From assembly GCA_964631995.1 (NCBI GenBank), contig CAZWAU010000037.1, positions 1 to 39,905 of the forward strand: a stretch of 39,905 nucleotides of DNA, given 5' to 3'. Made by a program: the position numbers and the translations under genes. The notes beneath the pieces were generated by a model. It made no database searches and had not been told where the DNA came from. It saw nothing but the letters and a program-made list of their open reading frames with translations. The stretch comes from an uncultured Nitrososphaerota archaeon. GTDB taxonomy: Archaea > Thermoproteota > EX4484-205 > DTQO01. Of this stretch, positions 9,216 through 17,433 are shown in pieces (positions within the stretch are counted from its first letter, which is position 1; each line of letters opens with the position of its first letter).

Positions 9216-11486
9216 ATGCGCGGCGAAGAGGGCTACATTTCTCACCCATTCCTAAAGCCCAAGAAGATCGAGCTGAGAGGTTACCAGAAAAAAATTGCCG
9301 AAGTTTGCCTGCATGGAAACACACTCGTCGTCCTCCCTACTGGACTCGGTAAAACGGTGGTTGCGATCCTTGTTGCTGCCGAAAGGCTCCTCCTCTTGCC
9401 AGATTCAAGGTGCCTAATCGTCGCTCCCACAAAACCACTTGCCATGCAGCATTTCGAGTCCTTTCGCTCAGTTTTCAATCTTGGGGAGAAAGATTTCGCA
9501 TTATGGACCGGTGAGGTTCCTCCAGAAAAGAGGAACCTGGGCGACGCTAGGCTCGTATTCGCAACACCGCAGGTCTTGCAGAACGATATCGTCTCTGGAA
9601 GGCTCTCTCTCGAATCTTTCAGCCTCCTTATCGTTGACGAGGCACACAGAACCGTTGGCGACTACGCTTACGTATTCTTGGTCGACAGGTACATGTCGAT
9701 GGCACGCAATCCTCTCGTCGTTGGCTTGACCGCATCTCCAGGTTCGGACGAATCTAGAATAGAAACAGTTGCAAGGAACTTAAGGGCATCTTTCATCGAG
9801 GCAAGGTCTGAGAAGAGCGAAGACGTAAAGTCGTACGTCCAGTCTGTTAAGTACGAATTCGTGCCAGTCACACTTCCAGAACCCTTGTTGGAGGCAAAGA
9901 AGCTTCTCGAAGATTTTCTGAGGGAGAAGGCAAGCAATGTTTCGAAGCTGGGATTGGCACGCTTGAAGCTGCCTCTTAACTACCGGGAGGTTTCGGCTCT
10001 TTTAGCAAGGACGGCCGAAAGCATAGGCTCTGCAGGAACCGCGAAGGACAGCAGCATCTTCGAGTGCTTGAAGGACCTTGCTTCAGCGAGGAGGATCATA
10101 CTTTCTTTAGAGAGGCTTGAAACAGAAGGTGCAGACTCCTTCCTTTCTTTAATGGAGAGGCAGCAGTCTCAGAGCATGCGCAGCGGAGCTCCCATCTCTC
10201 TGAAGAGGATATTTGCCGACAGGAGGATAAAGGACGCAATCGGCCTTTGCAGACTGGCAAAGGACGCAGGATTTACGAATCCGAAACTCGACAAGCTTAG
10301 GAAGATCGTGACCTCTTGCTTCAGCGAAGGTGCTAGGAGGGTCGTGGTATTCGTGAGCTATAGGGATTCGGCAAACGCGATCCTCAGCCTCCTCAAGGAG
10401 GCACCTCCTGCAAGACCCGTAAGACTTGTAGGCCAGGCGGACAGGGTGGGAGATGCCGGAATGTCACAGGAACAGCAGGCAAAGATCATTTCTGCTTTCA
10501 GGGCTGGCGAGTACAACACCCTGGTAGCTACGCAAGTTGGGGAAGAGGGATTGGATATCTCATCTTCGGACGTCGTGATCTTTTACGAAAATACGCCTAG
10601 TGCCATTCGATATGTCCAGAGGATCGGAAGAACGGGAAGAAGCGCCCCAGGTAAGGTCTTCATCATGTACTTCGAAGGAACAAGGGACGAGGCTTATCTC
10701 TGGATCGCAAAGAGGAGGGAGAAGGCTATGAGGTCTTTGGTCTCTAGGCTCTCCCGTTCTGGCAATAACAAATCTAGGGAGCTGAGAGAGAGCAAAGGAC
10801 AAGGGGTCCTCAGCCCCTTCCTGACCGATCAGGGAGATGAGAAAAAGATCATCGTCATTGTAGATACAAGAGAATCAGGATCTGCTGTTCTCGCTGAACT
10901 CTCAAAGCTCGGCGCCGAGGTTAAACTTCAACCGCTTGAGGTTGGCGACTATGTTTTATCGGAGCGCGTCTGTGTCGAGAGGAAGACCACAAGGGACTTC
11001 GCGATCTCGATGATGGATGGTCGCCTCTTCGAACAGGCCTCGGCACTCAAGGGATACGAAAGGCCCGTCCTGCTCCTCGAGGGTGAAGAACTGTACTGCA
11101 CGAATGTTTTGCCCCAGGCCATAGCTGGTGCCCTCGCCTCCCTGGTCGTCGATTTCGGCCTCAGCATACTTTGGTCTAAGAATGCTTCTGAGACTGCGCA
11201 ACTACTTTTTGCCATGGCTCGTAAGGAACAGTTTGATAATAAATCGATGCCTAGGGTCAGGGGGGAGAAGAAGCCCGCCTCCATACCGGAGCAACAGGTT
11301 TACCTCGTGGCTGGCCTTCCGGGCATTGAGAGGACAATGGCGAAGAAGCTGCTTGAGCATTTCAAAAGTCCAGAGAGGGTGTTCAGTGCAAGTGAGAAGG
11401 AGCTTCAAGAGGTGGATGGAATAGGGGAGGTAAAGGCGAGGAGGATCAGGGAGGTTCTGGGAGCGCGCTTTGAAGAGGAGGCTTAG
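9216..11486 (+). CDS. hef: Hef: helicase-associated endonuclease for fork-structured DNA (SF2 helicase + XPF/Mus81 nuclease + HhH2)
   Basis: PTGLGKT (motif I), VDEAHR (DEAH), QRIGRTGR (motif VI), nuclease motif GDYVLSERVCVERKTTRDF, and C-terminal HhH (GIERTMAKKLLEHF, GIGEVKARRIREV). The ATG directly follows the upstream TAG. Confidence 0.92.
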   Translation: MRGEEGYISHPFLKPKKIELRGYQKKIAEVCLHGNTLVVLPTGLGKTVVAILVAAERLLLLPDSRCLIVAPTKPLAMQHFESFRSVFNLGEKDFALWTGEVPPEKRNLGDARLVFATPQVLQNDIVSGRLSLESFSLLIVDEAHRTVGDYAYVFLVDRYMSMARNPLVVGLTASPGSDESRIETVARNLRASFIEARSEKSEDVKSYVQSVKYEFVPVTLPEPLLEAKKLLEDFLREKASNVSKLGLARLKLPLNYREVSALLARTAESIGSAGTAKDSSIFECLKDLASARRIILSLERLETEGADSFLSLMERQQSQSMRSGAPISLKRIFADRRIKDAIGLCRLAKDAGFTNPKLDKLRKIVTSCFSEGARRVVVFVSYRDSANAILSLLKEAPPARPVRLVGQADRVGDAGMSQEQQAKIISAFRAGEYNTLVATQVGEEGLDISSSDVVIFYENTPSAIRYVQRIGRTGRSAPGKVFIMYFEGTRDEAYLWIAKRREKAMRSLVSRLSRSGNNKSRELRESKGQGVLSPFLTDQGDEKKIIVIVDTRESGSAVLAELSKLGAEVKLQPLEVGDYVLSERVCVERKTTRDFAISMMDGRLFEQASALKGYERPVLLLEGEELYCTNVLPQAIAGALASLVVDFGLSILWSKNASETAQLLFAMARKEQFDNKSMPRVRGEKKPASIPEQQVYLVAGLPGIERTMAKKLLEHFKSPERVFSASEKELQEVDGIGEVKARRIREVLGARFEEEA

Positions 11487-12087
11487 CAGGAATCTTTTTC
11501 CTGCGCAGAAATTCGACCACGATCCTCCTTATGTCGGCAGAAACCTGCTCAATCGATTTGCTCCCATCGACATGCCTCATCTCTCCACATTCAACCAACC
11601 TTTTGTACTCCTTGCGGACTTTGGCTAAGATTTCCCTCTTCTCGAACTTTACCTTCCTCCTCTTTATTCTTTTCAAAGCTTTACCAACGGGCACATCTAT
11701 CAGTATCGCGAGGTCCGGTGGGGGTGAGAACTTGTTGATCTCCCTGACCCACTTCGAGTCTCTCAACACAGCGCCCTGGTACGCGATGGAGGAGTGAATG
11801 TACCTGTCCGACAGGACGATCCATCCCCTTTCCAAAAGCGGCTTTATGAACTTCAGGTAGTGCTCCACCCTGTCGGCTGCGAAGAGGAGCGCCTCATATT
11901 CGGTAGGAGTGTTGCGTATCCTGTAGACGTGAAGTCTTATCACAGATCCTACCCTCCCGTAAGTTGGTTCGGCCGTATACTTGGCTCTGTAGCCTTCGCT
12001 CCTAAGCCAGTTCAGAAGAAGGTATGCCTGCGTGGTCTTGCCCGACCCATCTATGCCCTCTAGACTTATATGCACTCCACGTCGCAA
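11446..12087 (-). CDS. tmk: Thymidylate kinase
   Basis: P-loop ISLEGIDGSGKTTQ, DRY motif (LSDRYIHSSIAYQG), and lid region KRIKRRK. It converges on hef with a 41-nt overlap. Confidence 0.9.
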   Translation of the reverse strand: MRRGVHISLEGIDGSGKTTQAYLLLNWLRSEGYRAKYTAEPTYGRVGSVIRLHVYRIRNTPTEYEALLFAADRVEHYLKFIKPLLERGWIVLSDRYIHSSIAYQGAVLRDSKWVREINKFSPPPDLAILIDVPVGKALKRIKRRKVKFEKREILAKVRKEYKRLVECGEMRHVDGSKSIEQVSADIRRIVVEFLRRKKIPAKPPLQSALPEPP

Positions 12088-12299
12088 CGAAGTGACCGTG
12101 CATTGACGCCTTTACCTTGTATTTGAAGGCTGCTGTAATCTCGGCCTCTTGACCAAAAGAGCACGCCTCTCAATGGGGTCATCGGTTGTCCTTGTCTTCA
12201 GATCATCTTATCGTGCCACTTCAATTCAATTTGCAAGGTGAATTTAGCTCAACCAAACGTCATTCTGCACAAAGCAACAAGGCCAATATATCGCATTAA

Positions 12300-12692
12300 A
12301 TGCTGGAAGTTGGCATGAGTGTGCAGGTGATAATTCCCAACAGGCTTCGATTTTGGGATGGCAGCGAGTTTGAGCTCAACGATGTGTGGGTACAGGCTCT
12401 TCACGACAAGCTGAAGCACAACAAGAAGACATTGCAAGAATTCTTGGAAGAGTTTGGACTTTGGCTAAGGGGACGGTGGGAGACGAGGACCTGCTCCAGT
12501 AAATTCGGCATTCGGAAATGGGATGATTTAGATGAATTTGACTACGAAGTTTCAAAGATCGACCACGTATCGGACCTAGCCGAGATCGAGCTGTACCACT
12601 ACCTTCGGGCTTGGATTTTGGGTTTGGCATTGGGCAAGGCGGGGGGCAAAGTACTCATTCTTACGAAGGATGGGATCGTCGAATACCCCTAG
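12300..12692 (+). CDS. Hypothetical protein
   Basis: 130-aa ORF with protein-like composition and no recognisable motif. It lies at the border of an AT-rich stretch. Confidence 0.35.
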   Translation: MLEVGMSVQVIIPNRLRFWDGSEFELNDVWVQALHDKLKHNKKTLQEFLEEFGLWLRGRWETRTCSSKFGIRKWDDLDEFDYEVSKIDHVSDLAEIELYHYLRAWILGLALGKAGGKVLILTKDGIVEYP

Positions 12693-12840
12693 CATAGTAT
12701 ATGCATGGACTTTTTCGACTGAACAATATATCTGCAATAGACAGGAGCTTCAAGGAATATCTGCATCAATACTTAGCGTAAGTTTGAACTACCGATTAGT
12801 CCCATGCTGGAGAAATGTCCAATTCTTTTTTGTGCTCATG

Positions 12841-13401
12841 CTAGAAGAAAATCATCCTCCATACTTTGGGCTTGTACACCTTGTAGAATGACAACCATGC
12901 ACTTCTCAGCTATTTTGATTAACGTTCTTAGGTTGTTCGATATCTCTCGCCAAATGGGAAGTACCGATATCGTTGGAATCGACCTCAAAAAAGTAATATA
13001 GTTCAAATCACTTCCGGGTTCGCTTCCCTTCCAGAAAAGTAATCATTCAAGCGCGCTCTCAAACTCATACCTGCTTGCATAACCAATCATTTCGAATCTT
13101 GAGTCTATTATGGTTTTACACTTCCTCCAAAGGCTTTTTCTATTGCATTGAACAAATCCTCCCCAAATGAAGAGGCTACTACCTGTGAGCCAGCCAATTA
13201 GATGAGATCCAGATCATTCCATCTTTGTTGTATTACGATATACGATTCAAGACATTCTATTTGATGATCCACATCTTGTCTTATCCTTCTACCAAGTTTT
13301 TCAAGGACAAAATCTTCTATGGTCAGTTTCTTGCAGGATTCCGCTCCAATGGGGTATAGCGCTCTTCGAACATGAAGTAATATGACTACCAAGTGAATCA
13401 A
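12841..13401 (-). pseudogene. Decayed paralog of the 379-aa ORF at 36737-37876
   Basis: Minus-strand frames give EDFVLEKLGRRIRQDVDHQIECLESYIVIQQR (compare EDLISDSLGERIRPDIDHPVQCQESLIEVQQR) and, after stops and frame changes, WREISNNLRTLIKIAEK (compare NERISRNLKTIISISEK). It is interrupted by stops and shorter than the intact copy. Confidence 0.55.
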
Positions 13402-13889
13402 CCACTCGTTCTGATAGAAAAGGTGATGAGAAATCTAAATGATGTCTTTTGCCTAACTTAGCTGTAATTACGCATCATGCCTCATGAACTTCGCTATGGC
13501 TTTAGAATACCCCTATCGCTCTTTGTGCTTGCCTCCACAGCTGAAAGAGACCCTACCATTGCTCAGATAGGCATGATGCATTACCGTTGAGCTACGTGCC
13601 ACATAAAGATGTAGCTGAGCTGAGGGAGAAGATGAAGATGAGAGATTCTTGGTCAGAGATAGGACCAGACTCAAGAATGTGCTTTCATACTAGGAATAAG
13701 CAACTGAAGGAGTTGGCCTCTTCATAGAGTTGGGTATAACATGTCTTCACAGCTTGAACTAGTCGGAGCTTATCGCTAAATGACTGTCCAATGCAAGGAC
13801 ATAAAAAATAATCGGGGGAACTTTTTGCGAACGAAGCTTATCGCCCTCTGAAGGACGGACAGGAGCATGCCCTTCATTGAAGGAGAAAT

Positions 13890-13911
13890 AAAAAAATTGA
13901 TGCAAAATAAA
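13890..13911 (-). terminator. Oligo-T tracts downstream of tRNAi-Met
   Basis: The minus strand reads TTTATTTT directly after the tRNA 3' end, with a T7 run about 20 nt further on. These are archaeal-style oligo-T terminators. Confidence 0.4.
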
Positions 13912-13932
13912 GTTAGGTAGCGGGGAGTAGAT

Positions 13933-13955
13933 CTGTTCCTCGCCTTTCGGCGAGC
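13933..13955 (-). other. tRNAi-Met intron 4 (23 nt, T-loop 58/59)
   Basis: Perfect central helix GTTC/GAAC, bulges AAG and AGA, and an inner 6-bp hairpin CTCGCC-GAAA-GGCGAG. Removal gives the T-loop TTCAAAT. Confidence 0.8.
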
Positions 13956-13984
13956 TTGAACTACCGATCTCAGGGTTATGAGCC

Positions 13985-14001
13985 TTCCGCGCAGAGCTGC
14001 G
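13985..14001 (-). other. tRNAi-Met intron 3 (17 nt, position 29/30 in the anticodon stem)
   Basis: Perfect central helix CCGC/GCGG, bulges AGC and AAG, inner helix GCA/TGC, outer helix TAG/CTA-like (3 bp). Removal creates the anticodon stem CAGGG/CCCTG. Confidence 0.8.
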
Positions 14002-14014
14002 CTGCGGGCTAGAC

Positions 14015-14032
14015 CTCGCCAGCCTTTGGCTT
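14015..14032 (-). other. tRNAi-Met intron 2 (18 nt, D-loop about 18/19)
   Basis: Central helix (A)GCC/GGC(G) with 3 good pairs, bulges AGA and AGG, inner helix AGCC/GGCT with an AAA loop. Removal leaves the D-loop AGCCAGGTCTA with G18G19 restored. The outer helix is weak, so this is a relaxed BHB. Confidence 0.6.
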
Positions 14033-14047
14033 CTGGCTGCCCCACCC

Positions 14048-14063
14048 GTTTAGGGCGCCGCCT
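14048..14063 (-). other. tRNAi-Met intron 1 (16 nt, position 4/5)
   Basis: Central helix TTAG/CTAA flanked by 3-nt bulges CGA and ACG. Inner helix GGC/GCC, outer helix GGT/ACC. Cleavage after the second bulge base joins AGCG to GGGT. Confidence 0.75.
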
Positions 14064-14067
14064 CGCT

Positions 14068-14082
14068 AAGGTTTTCCCCGCT
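14068..14082 (-). other. tRNAi-Met 5' leader carrying a contiguous copy of the acceptor 5' strand (AGCGGGG)
   Basis: The minus strand reads AGCGGGGAAAACCTT immediately upstream of the tRNA. The first 7 nt equal the mature acceptor 5' strand, which in the gene itself is only assembled by splicing intron 1. Confidence 0.6.
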
Positions 14083-14105
14083 GGCTCTACGGGCTTTCAA
14101 GGTTT

Positions 14106-14112
14106 CATATAG
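14106..14112 (-). promoter_or_regulatory. Putative TATA box for tRNAi-Met
   Basis: Minus-strand CTATATG lies 24-30 nt upstream of position 14082. This predicts a transcription start at about the first base of the 15-nt leader. Confidence 0.5.
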
Positions 14113-14227
14113 ACTTTATGTTTCATGCCCTTGCCTGCTGTGTTGTAGCAGGCTTTCTCCAAGCGTTTTGGAAGAAAAATGCCCAATTATGGCCCTTTGA
14201 TCCAAGCTTGGTCTTGCCCAAAGCTGG

Positions 14228-14866
14228 TCATTGTGGGTACTTTAGAACCCAGATCTCGGTCTCCTCGGGCAGATCCTTCCTTTCAACTTCGATCGATGTG
14301 GTTTCAAACCTCTTTATTCTCTCTTTGCCCTGTAGGAAGGCGTCCACCTTCTGAAGGCGGAATGGAAGCGATGGAGTGCCGAAGTGCATCGGTATCACTA
14401 CCTTCGGCTTCACCTGGTCGACCACTATCGAGGCCTTCGCCGCATCTATCGTGAATGTCCCGCCAACCGGTATGAAAAGAATGTCAACTTTTCCCATTGA
14501 CCTCAGTATCTGTTCATCCAGTATGTGGCCCAGGTCCCCTAGATGAGCAAGAACAATGCTATCCATTCCGATCGTGAATATTGTGTTCCGCCCCCTCTTA
14601 GCACCAACTTCCTCGTCGTGGAACACGTGGATGGCTTTAACGGAAATGTCCTTGGATTTGTAGTCTCTCTTTATCGCGGTCGGGTTTCCCTTCAGGGCCG
14701 CTACGTAGTTGTGGTCTGTATGCTCATGCGAAACAAGGACGTAGTCAGCATCGACCGAGGGCATCGGATAACCGAGCTCCCTCCCGTCGAAAGGATCGAG
14801 CACAACCTTGGTCCCTTCCGCGCTAGTCAGGCGAAAACAAGCGTGGCCAAGATATTCTATCCTCAT
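14228..14866 (-). CDS. Metallo-beta-lactamase-fold hydrolase (UPF0173-like)
   Basis: MRIEYLGHACFRL...DPF...VLVSHEHTDHN (HxHxDH) and a later HFGT motif. 212 aa. Confidence 0.85.
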   Translation of the reverse strand: MRIEYLGHACFRLTSAEGTKVVLDPFDGRELGYPMPSVDADYVLVSHEHTDHNYVAALKGNPTAIKRDYKSKDISVKAIHVFHDEEVGAKRGRNTIFTIGMDSIVLAHLGDLGHILDEQILRSMGKVDILFIPVGGTFTIDAAKASIVVDQVKPKVVIPMHFGTPSLPFRLQKVDAFLQGKERIKRFETTSIEVERKDLPEETEIWVLKYPQ

Positions 14867-14888
14867 GCCTCTAAGCCCGGCCTTTTTT

Positions 14889-15092
14889 TCAGGAGAACAT
14901 GTTTATAACGATGCCGCTCGGGCACTTCTCAGCCCGGAGACGAGGCCATAACGTCGGCTCCATTGGCAAGCAAAGTTGCTTGCAAAGAGCTTCATTCACC
15001 TGTGGCCAAGCCGAATAATCGAGGGGCAGCTCCTCTTGCTCTTTATGCCTTATCGCATCAAGTACCAGGTCCCTCGGGCTTAGGTTCCCCAC
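14889..15092 (-). pseudogene. Possible N-terminal remnant of a URO-D/methyltransferase-like family gene
   Basis: A 67-aa ORF (SPRDLVLDAIRHKEQEELPLDYSAWPQVNEALCKQLCL) resembles the first ~40 residues of uroporphyrinogen-decarboxylase-family proteins. It stops after 67 aa and no remainder follows. This is a weak call. Confidence 0.25.
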
Positions 15093-15324
15093 GAGCCATC
15101 AATCGAATTTGATCGTAAATAAGCATCATGGAAGATTGACAAACAATAAAGAGCGCAAGCCTAAACACTTCATGGATAGCCGTTAAAAGGGCTCAGATCC
15201 AAACCTGGGCCAAAATTACTTAGCCCATAGCATCTTCTTTCACTATCTGCTTTCCAAATCATGCCATGGGCGCAACAGAAAGGTTCACATAGCATGCATG
15301 CAAGCGAAGGCCCAGTGAATGTAG

Positions 15325-16299
15325 TTGGTCGTTCGAATAGGCATGATCGGATGTGGTGGCATGGCCCAATCGCACATGGAGTGCTTGGCCAAGATACCGG
15401 AAGCTAAGATGGTGGCTTTTTCGGACATAGTCGAGGAGAGGGCGCGGAGTTGCGCTGAGAAATACTCAGGAAAATACTACACAGATTTCCACAAAATGAT
15501 ATCCAACGAGGCTCTTGACGCATGCTACATCTGCATACCGCCTTTTGCCCACAAGGACCAAGAGCTGCTTTGTTCAAAAAGGGGAATTCCATTCTTCGTG
15601 GAGAAGCCTGTCGCGCTAAAGATGGGGAAAGCCAAAGAGGTGCTGGCGAGTGTGCAGAAATCGCGCATAATAACACAGGTAGGGTATGTTTTGAGGTTCA
15701 ACGACGCTTTCCAAAAACTCAGACAGGCCCTGCACGAAAGGGGTGGAAGGATCGGCCTGATAGATATGCTTCGCTTGGGTGGAATTGCAGGAGACGAGAA
15801 TCATTGGTGGAGGAGAAAGGAACTCAGCGGAGGGCAACTCGTGGAGCAGTCAACCCACCAGGTCGATCTTGCAAGGTGGTTCGTTGGAGAAGTTTCATCT
15901 GTTTACGCGAAATTCGGAAGGCAACTTAACAGAGATCTTCCGAACTTCACGATAGAGGACGTTTCGACGGTCGTCATGAAGTTCAAGAATGGAGCTATCG
16001 GGACATTGACGAGCTCGTGCGCTGCGCAGGAGGGTGGCGGGTTCGGAGGGTTTACGATCTTGGCTAAGAACCTTCAGATTCTAGCATATGGAAATTATCG
16101 GCTCATCGAGGGCAGCAAGTCGACTGAATTCAAAGAAACTGTCGATCCTGTTTTGGAGGAGGACAAGCACTTTATCGATTGCGTGCAGAGCGGTTTGAAG
16201 ACGGCCATTCCATACTCTGAGGGCGTGAAGACCCTTGAAGTTACTTTAGCTGCCGTTGAGTCCGCAAAGGTTGGAAAGGAAGTCAAGTTGCCTTTGTAA
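15325..16299 (+). CDS. Gfo/Idh/MocA family NAD(P)-dependent oxidoreductase
   Basis: N-terminal Rossmann motif VRIGMIGCGGMAQSH, EKP motif FFVEKPVAL, and a C-terminal dimerisation domain. TTG start (alternative ATG at 15343). Confidence 0.85.
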   Translation: MVVRIGMIGCGGMAQSHMECLAKIPEAKMVAFSDIVEERARSCAEKYSGKYYTDFHKMISNEALDACYICIPPFAHKDQELLCSKRGIPFFVEKPVALKMGKAKEVLASVQKSRIITQVGYVLRFNDAFQKLRQALHERGGRIGLIDMLRLGGIAGDENHWWRRKELSGGQLVEQSTHQVDLARWFVGEVSSVYAKFGRQLNRDLPNFTIEDVSTVVMKFKNGAIGTLTSSCAAQEGGGFGGFTILAKNLQILAYGNYRLIEGSKSTEFKETVDPVLEEDKHFIDCVQSGLKTAIPYSEGVKTLEVTLAAVESAKVGKEVKLPL

Positions 16300-16350
16300 A
16301 GCTCTTGGCAAATAACTGGTTCGATAAGAGGGAAGAAAGGGGTACTTGAT

Positions 16351-17298
16351 TTGGTGGCGATGCCAAATAGCGACCCAATAGTACGAGCTGTCGAGAAGAT
16401 CACCCCCTCCGTTGTGAACATCAGTACCGTAAGAATGATGCGTGAGAACCTTTTCACAGTCGTTCCACTTAAGGGTATGGGCTCGGGATTTGCCATATCG
16501 AACGATGGGAGGATTCTGACGGACTACCACATCGTGGAGCAAACTCAGCAGGTCGAAGTGACACTCTCGGACGGAAGGAAATTCAAAGGAATAGTTTCAG
16601 GAAAGGATGCGAGCACCGACATAGCTTTGGTAGAGGTTCCAGCTGGCAACCTTGTTCCAGCTGAGCTTGGTGACTCTGACAAGCTTAAAGTTGGGCAGAT
16701 GGCAATCGCGATAGGAAATCCATTCGGCTTCCTTCTTGGCGGGGGACCAACCGTTACCGTCGGCGTTGTGAGCGCTCTATCGCGCACGATAAGTACGGAG
16801 GGAAGGCTTTACGAGGGCCTTATACAGACCGATGCTGCCATAAATCCTGGCAACAGCGGTGGGCCCCTCGTCGATGTGGATGGCAATGTGATCGGCATAA
16901 ACACAGCAAACATACCGTTTGCGCAGGGCATTGGATTCGCAATCCCGATAAATACTGCAAAGTATGTTGTCGAGCAGCTCCTCGAGAAGGGGCGTGTCAT
17001 CAGGCCATGGCTTGGCATCACAGGCCTAACCGTTACTAAGGAGGTCGCGACGTACTACGGCCTGCCAACGTGGAGCGGTGTCGTGCTTGCCGGAATCGTG
17101 CGGAACGGTCCAGCGGACGAGGCAGGGCTTGAGGAAGGTGACATAATTGTGCAGGTCGACGGGACCTCTGTTGAAACGATGGAGCAGCTCCAAAGGGAGA
17201 TTAGGAAAAAGAGGCCAGGCGATACTGTCGAGCTGACCGTAGTGCGCGACGGCAGGAGGCTGGAAGCCTCTCTGACCCTTCAGGAATCCCCATATTAG
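16351..17298 (+). CDS. HtrA/DegP-family serine protease with one PDZ domain
   Basis: Catalytic triad contexts TDYHIV, TDIALV and GNSGGPL. PDZ block GVVLAGIVRNGPADEAGLEEGDIIVQVDG. No obvious signal peptide. Confidence 0.9.
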   Translation: MVAMPNSDPIVRAVEKITPSVVNISTVRMMRENLFTVVPLKGMGSGFAISNDGRILTDYHIVEQTQQVEVTLSDGRKFKGIVSGKDASTDIALVEVPAGNLVPAELGDSDKLKVGQMAIAIGNPFGFLLGGGPTVTVGVVSALSRTISTEGRLYEGLIQTDAAINPGNSGGPLVDVDGNVIGINTANIPFAQGIGFAIPINTAKYVVEQLLEKGRVIRPWLGITGLTVTKEVATYYGLPTWSGVVLAGIVRNGPADEAGLEEGDIIVQVDGTSVETMEQLQREIRKKRPGDTVELTVVRDGRRLEASLTLQESPY

Positions 17299-17433
17299 CC
17301 TGGCACAGGGCTGGAAAATCCAAGGAGTGGCCAAACTGGCTTGTTCTACGTTTTAGAACACATTCTGAATGGCAAGGCCTAGACCATGGCTTTATCAGAT
17401 GGGGCTGGGCAAGTATCCCACAAGGTGTAATGC

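Larger units (their letters stand above)
13918..14067 (-). tRNA. Initiator tRNA-Met (anticodon CAT) interrupted by four BHB introns
   Basis: The exons join to AGCGGGGTGGGGCAGCCAGGTCTAGCCCGCAGGGCTCATAACCCTGAGATCGGTAGTTCAAATCTACTCCCCGCTA (76 nt). The cloverleaf is complete: A1-U72, D stem GGGC/GCCC, anticodon stem CAGGG/CCCTG with three G-C pairs, T arm GGTAG-TTCAAAT-CTACT. The anticodon is the complement of 13978-13980. No encoded CCA. Confidence 0.9.

Noticed and set aside
11446-11486. 41-nt convergent overlap of hef and tmk (and the 14-nt overlap of nac with the PUA gene) as a regulatory feature.
   Set aside because: Short convergent 3' overlaps are common in compact archaeal genomes. The tmk tail residues are unconserved, so this may simply reflect late stop codons.
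12670-13001. Short plus-strand ORFs (65-73 aa) in the AT-rich stretch.
   Set aside because: They lie antisense to the recognisable pseudogene fragments and have no start context or motif.
13415-13625. Possible C/D-box sRNAs (GTGATGA at about 13421; ATGATGC ... CTGAGCTGA at about 13573-13620).
   Set aside because: The box spacing does not fit the C - 12 nt - D' - C' - 12 nt - D layout. No terminal stems are present. The region is pseudogene debris, so chance matches are likely.
14045-14082. Alternative tRNAi-Met model using the contiguous AGCGGGG at 14076-14082 as the acceptor strand, with a 31-nt intron at 7/8.
   Set aside because: No 4-bp helix with flanking 3-nt bulges can be drawn for any of the equivalent 31-nt boundaries. 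The 16-nt intron model (14048-14063) gives a canonical BHB and the same mature sequence, and it leaves a plausible 15-nt leader downstream of the TATA box.
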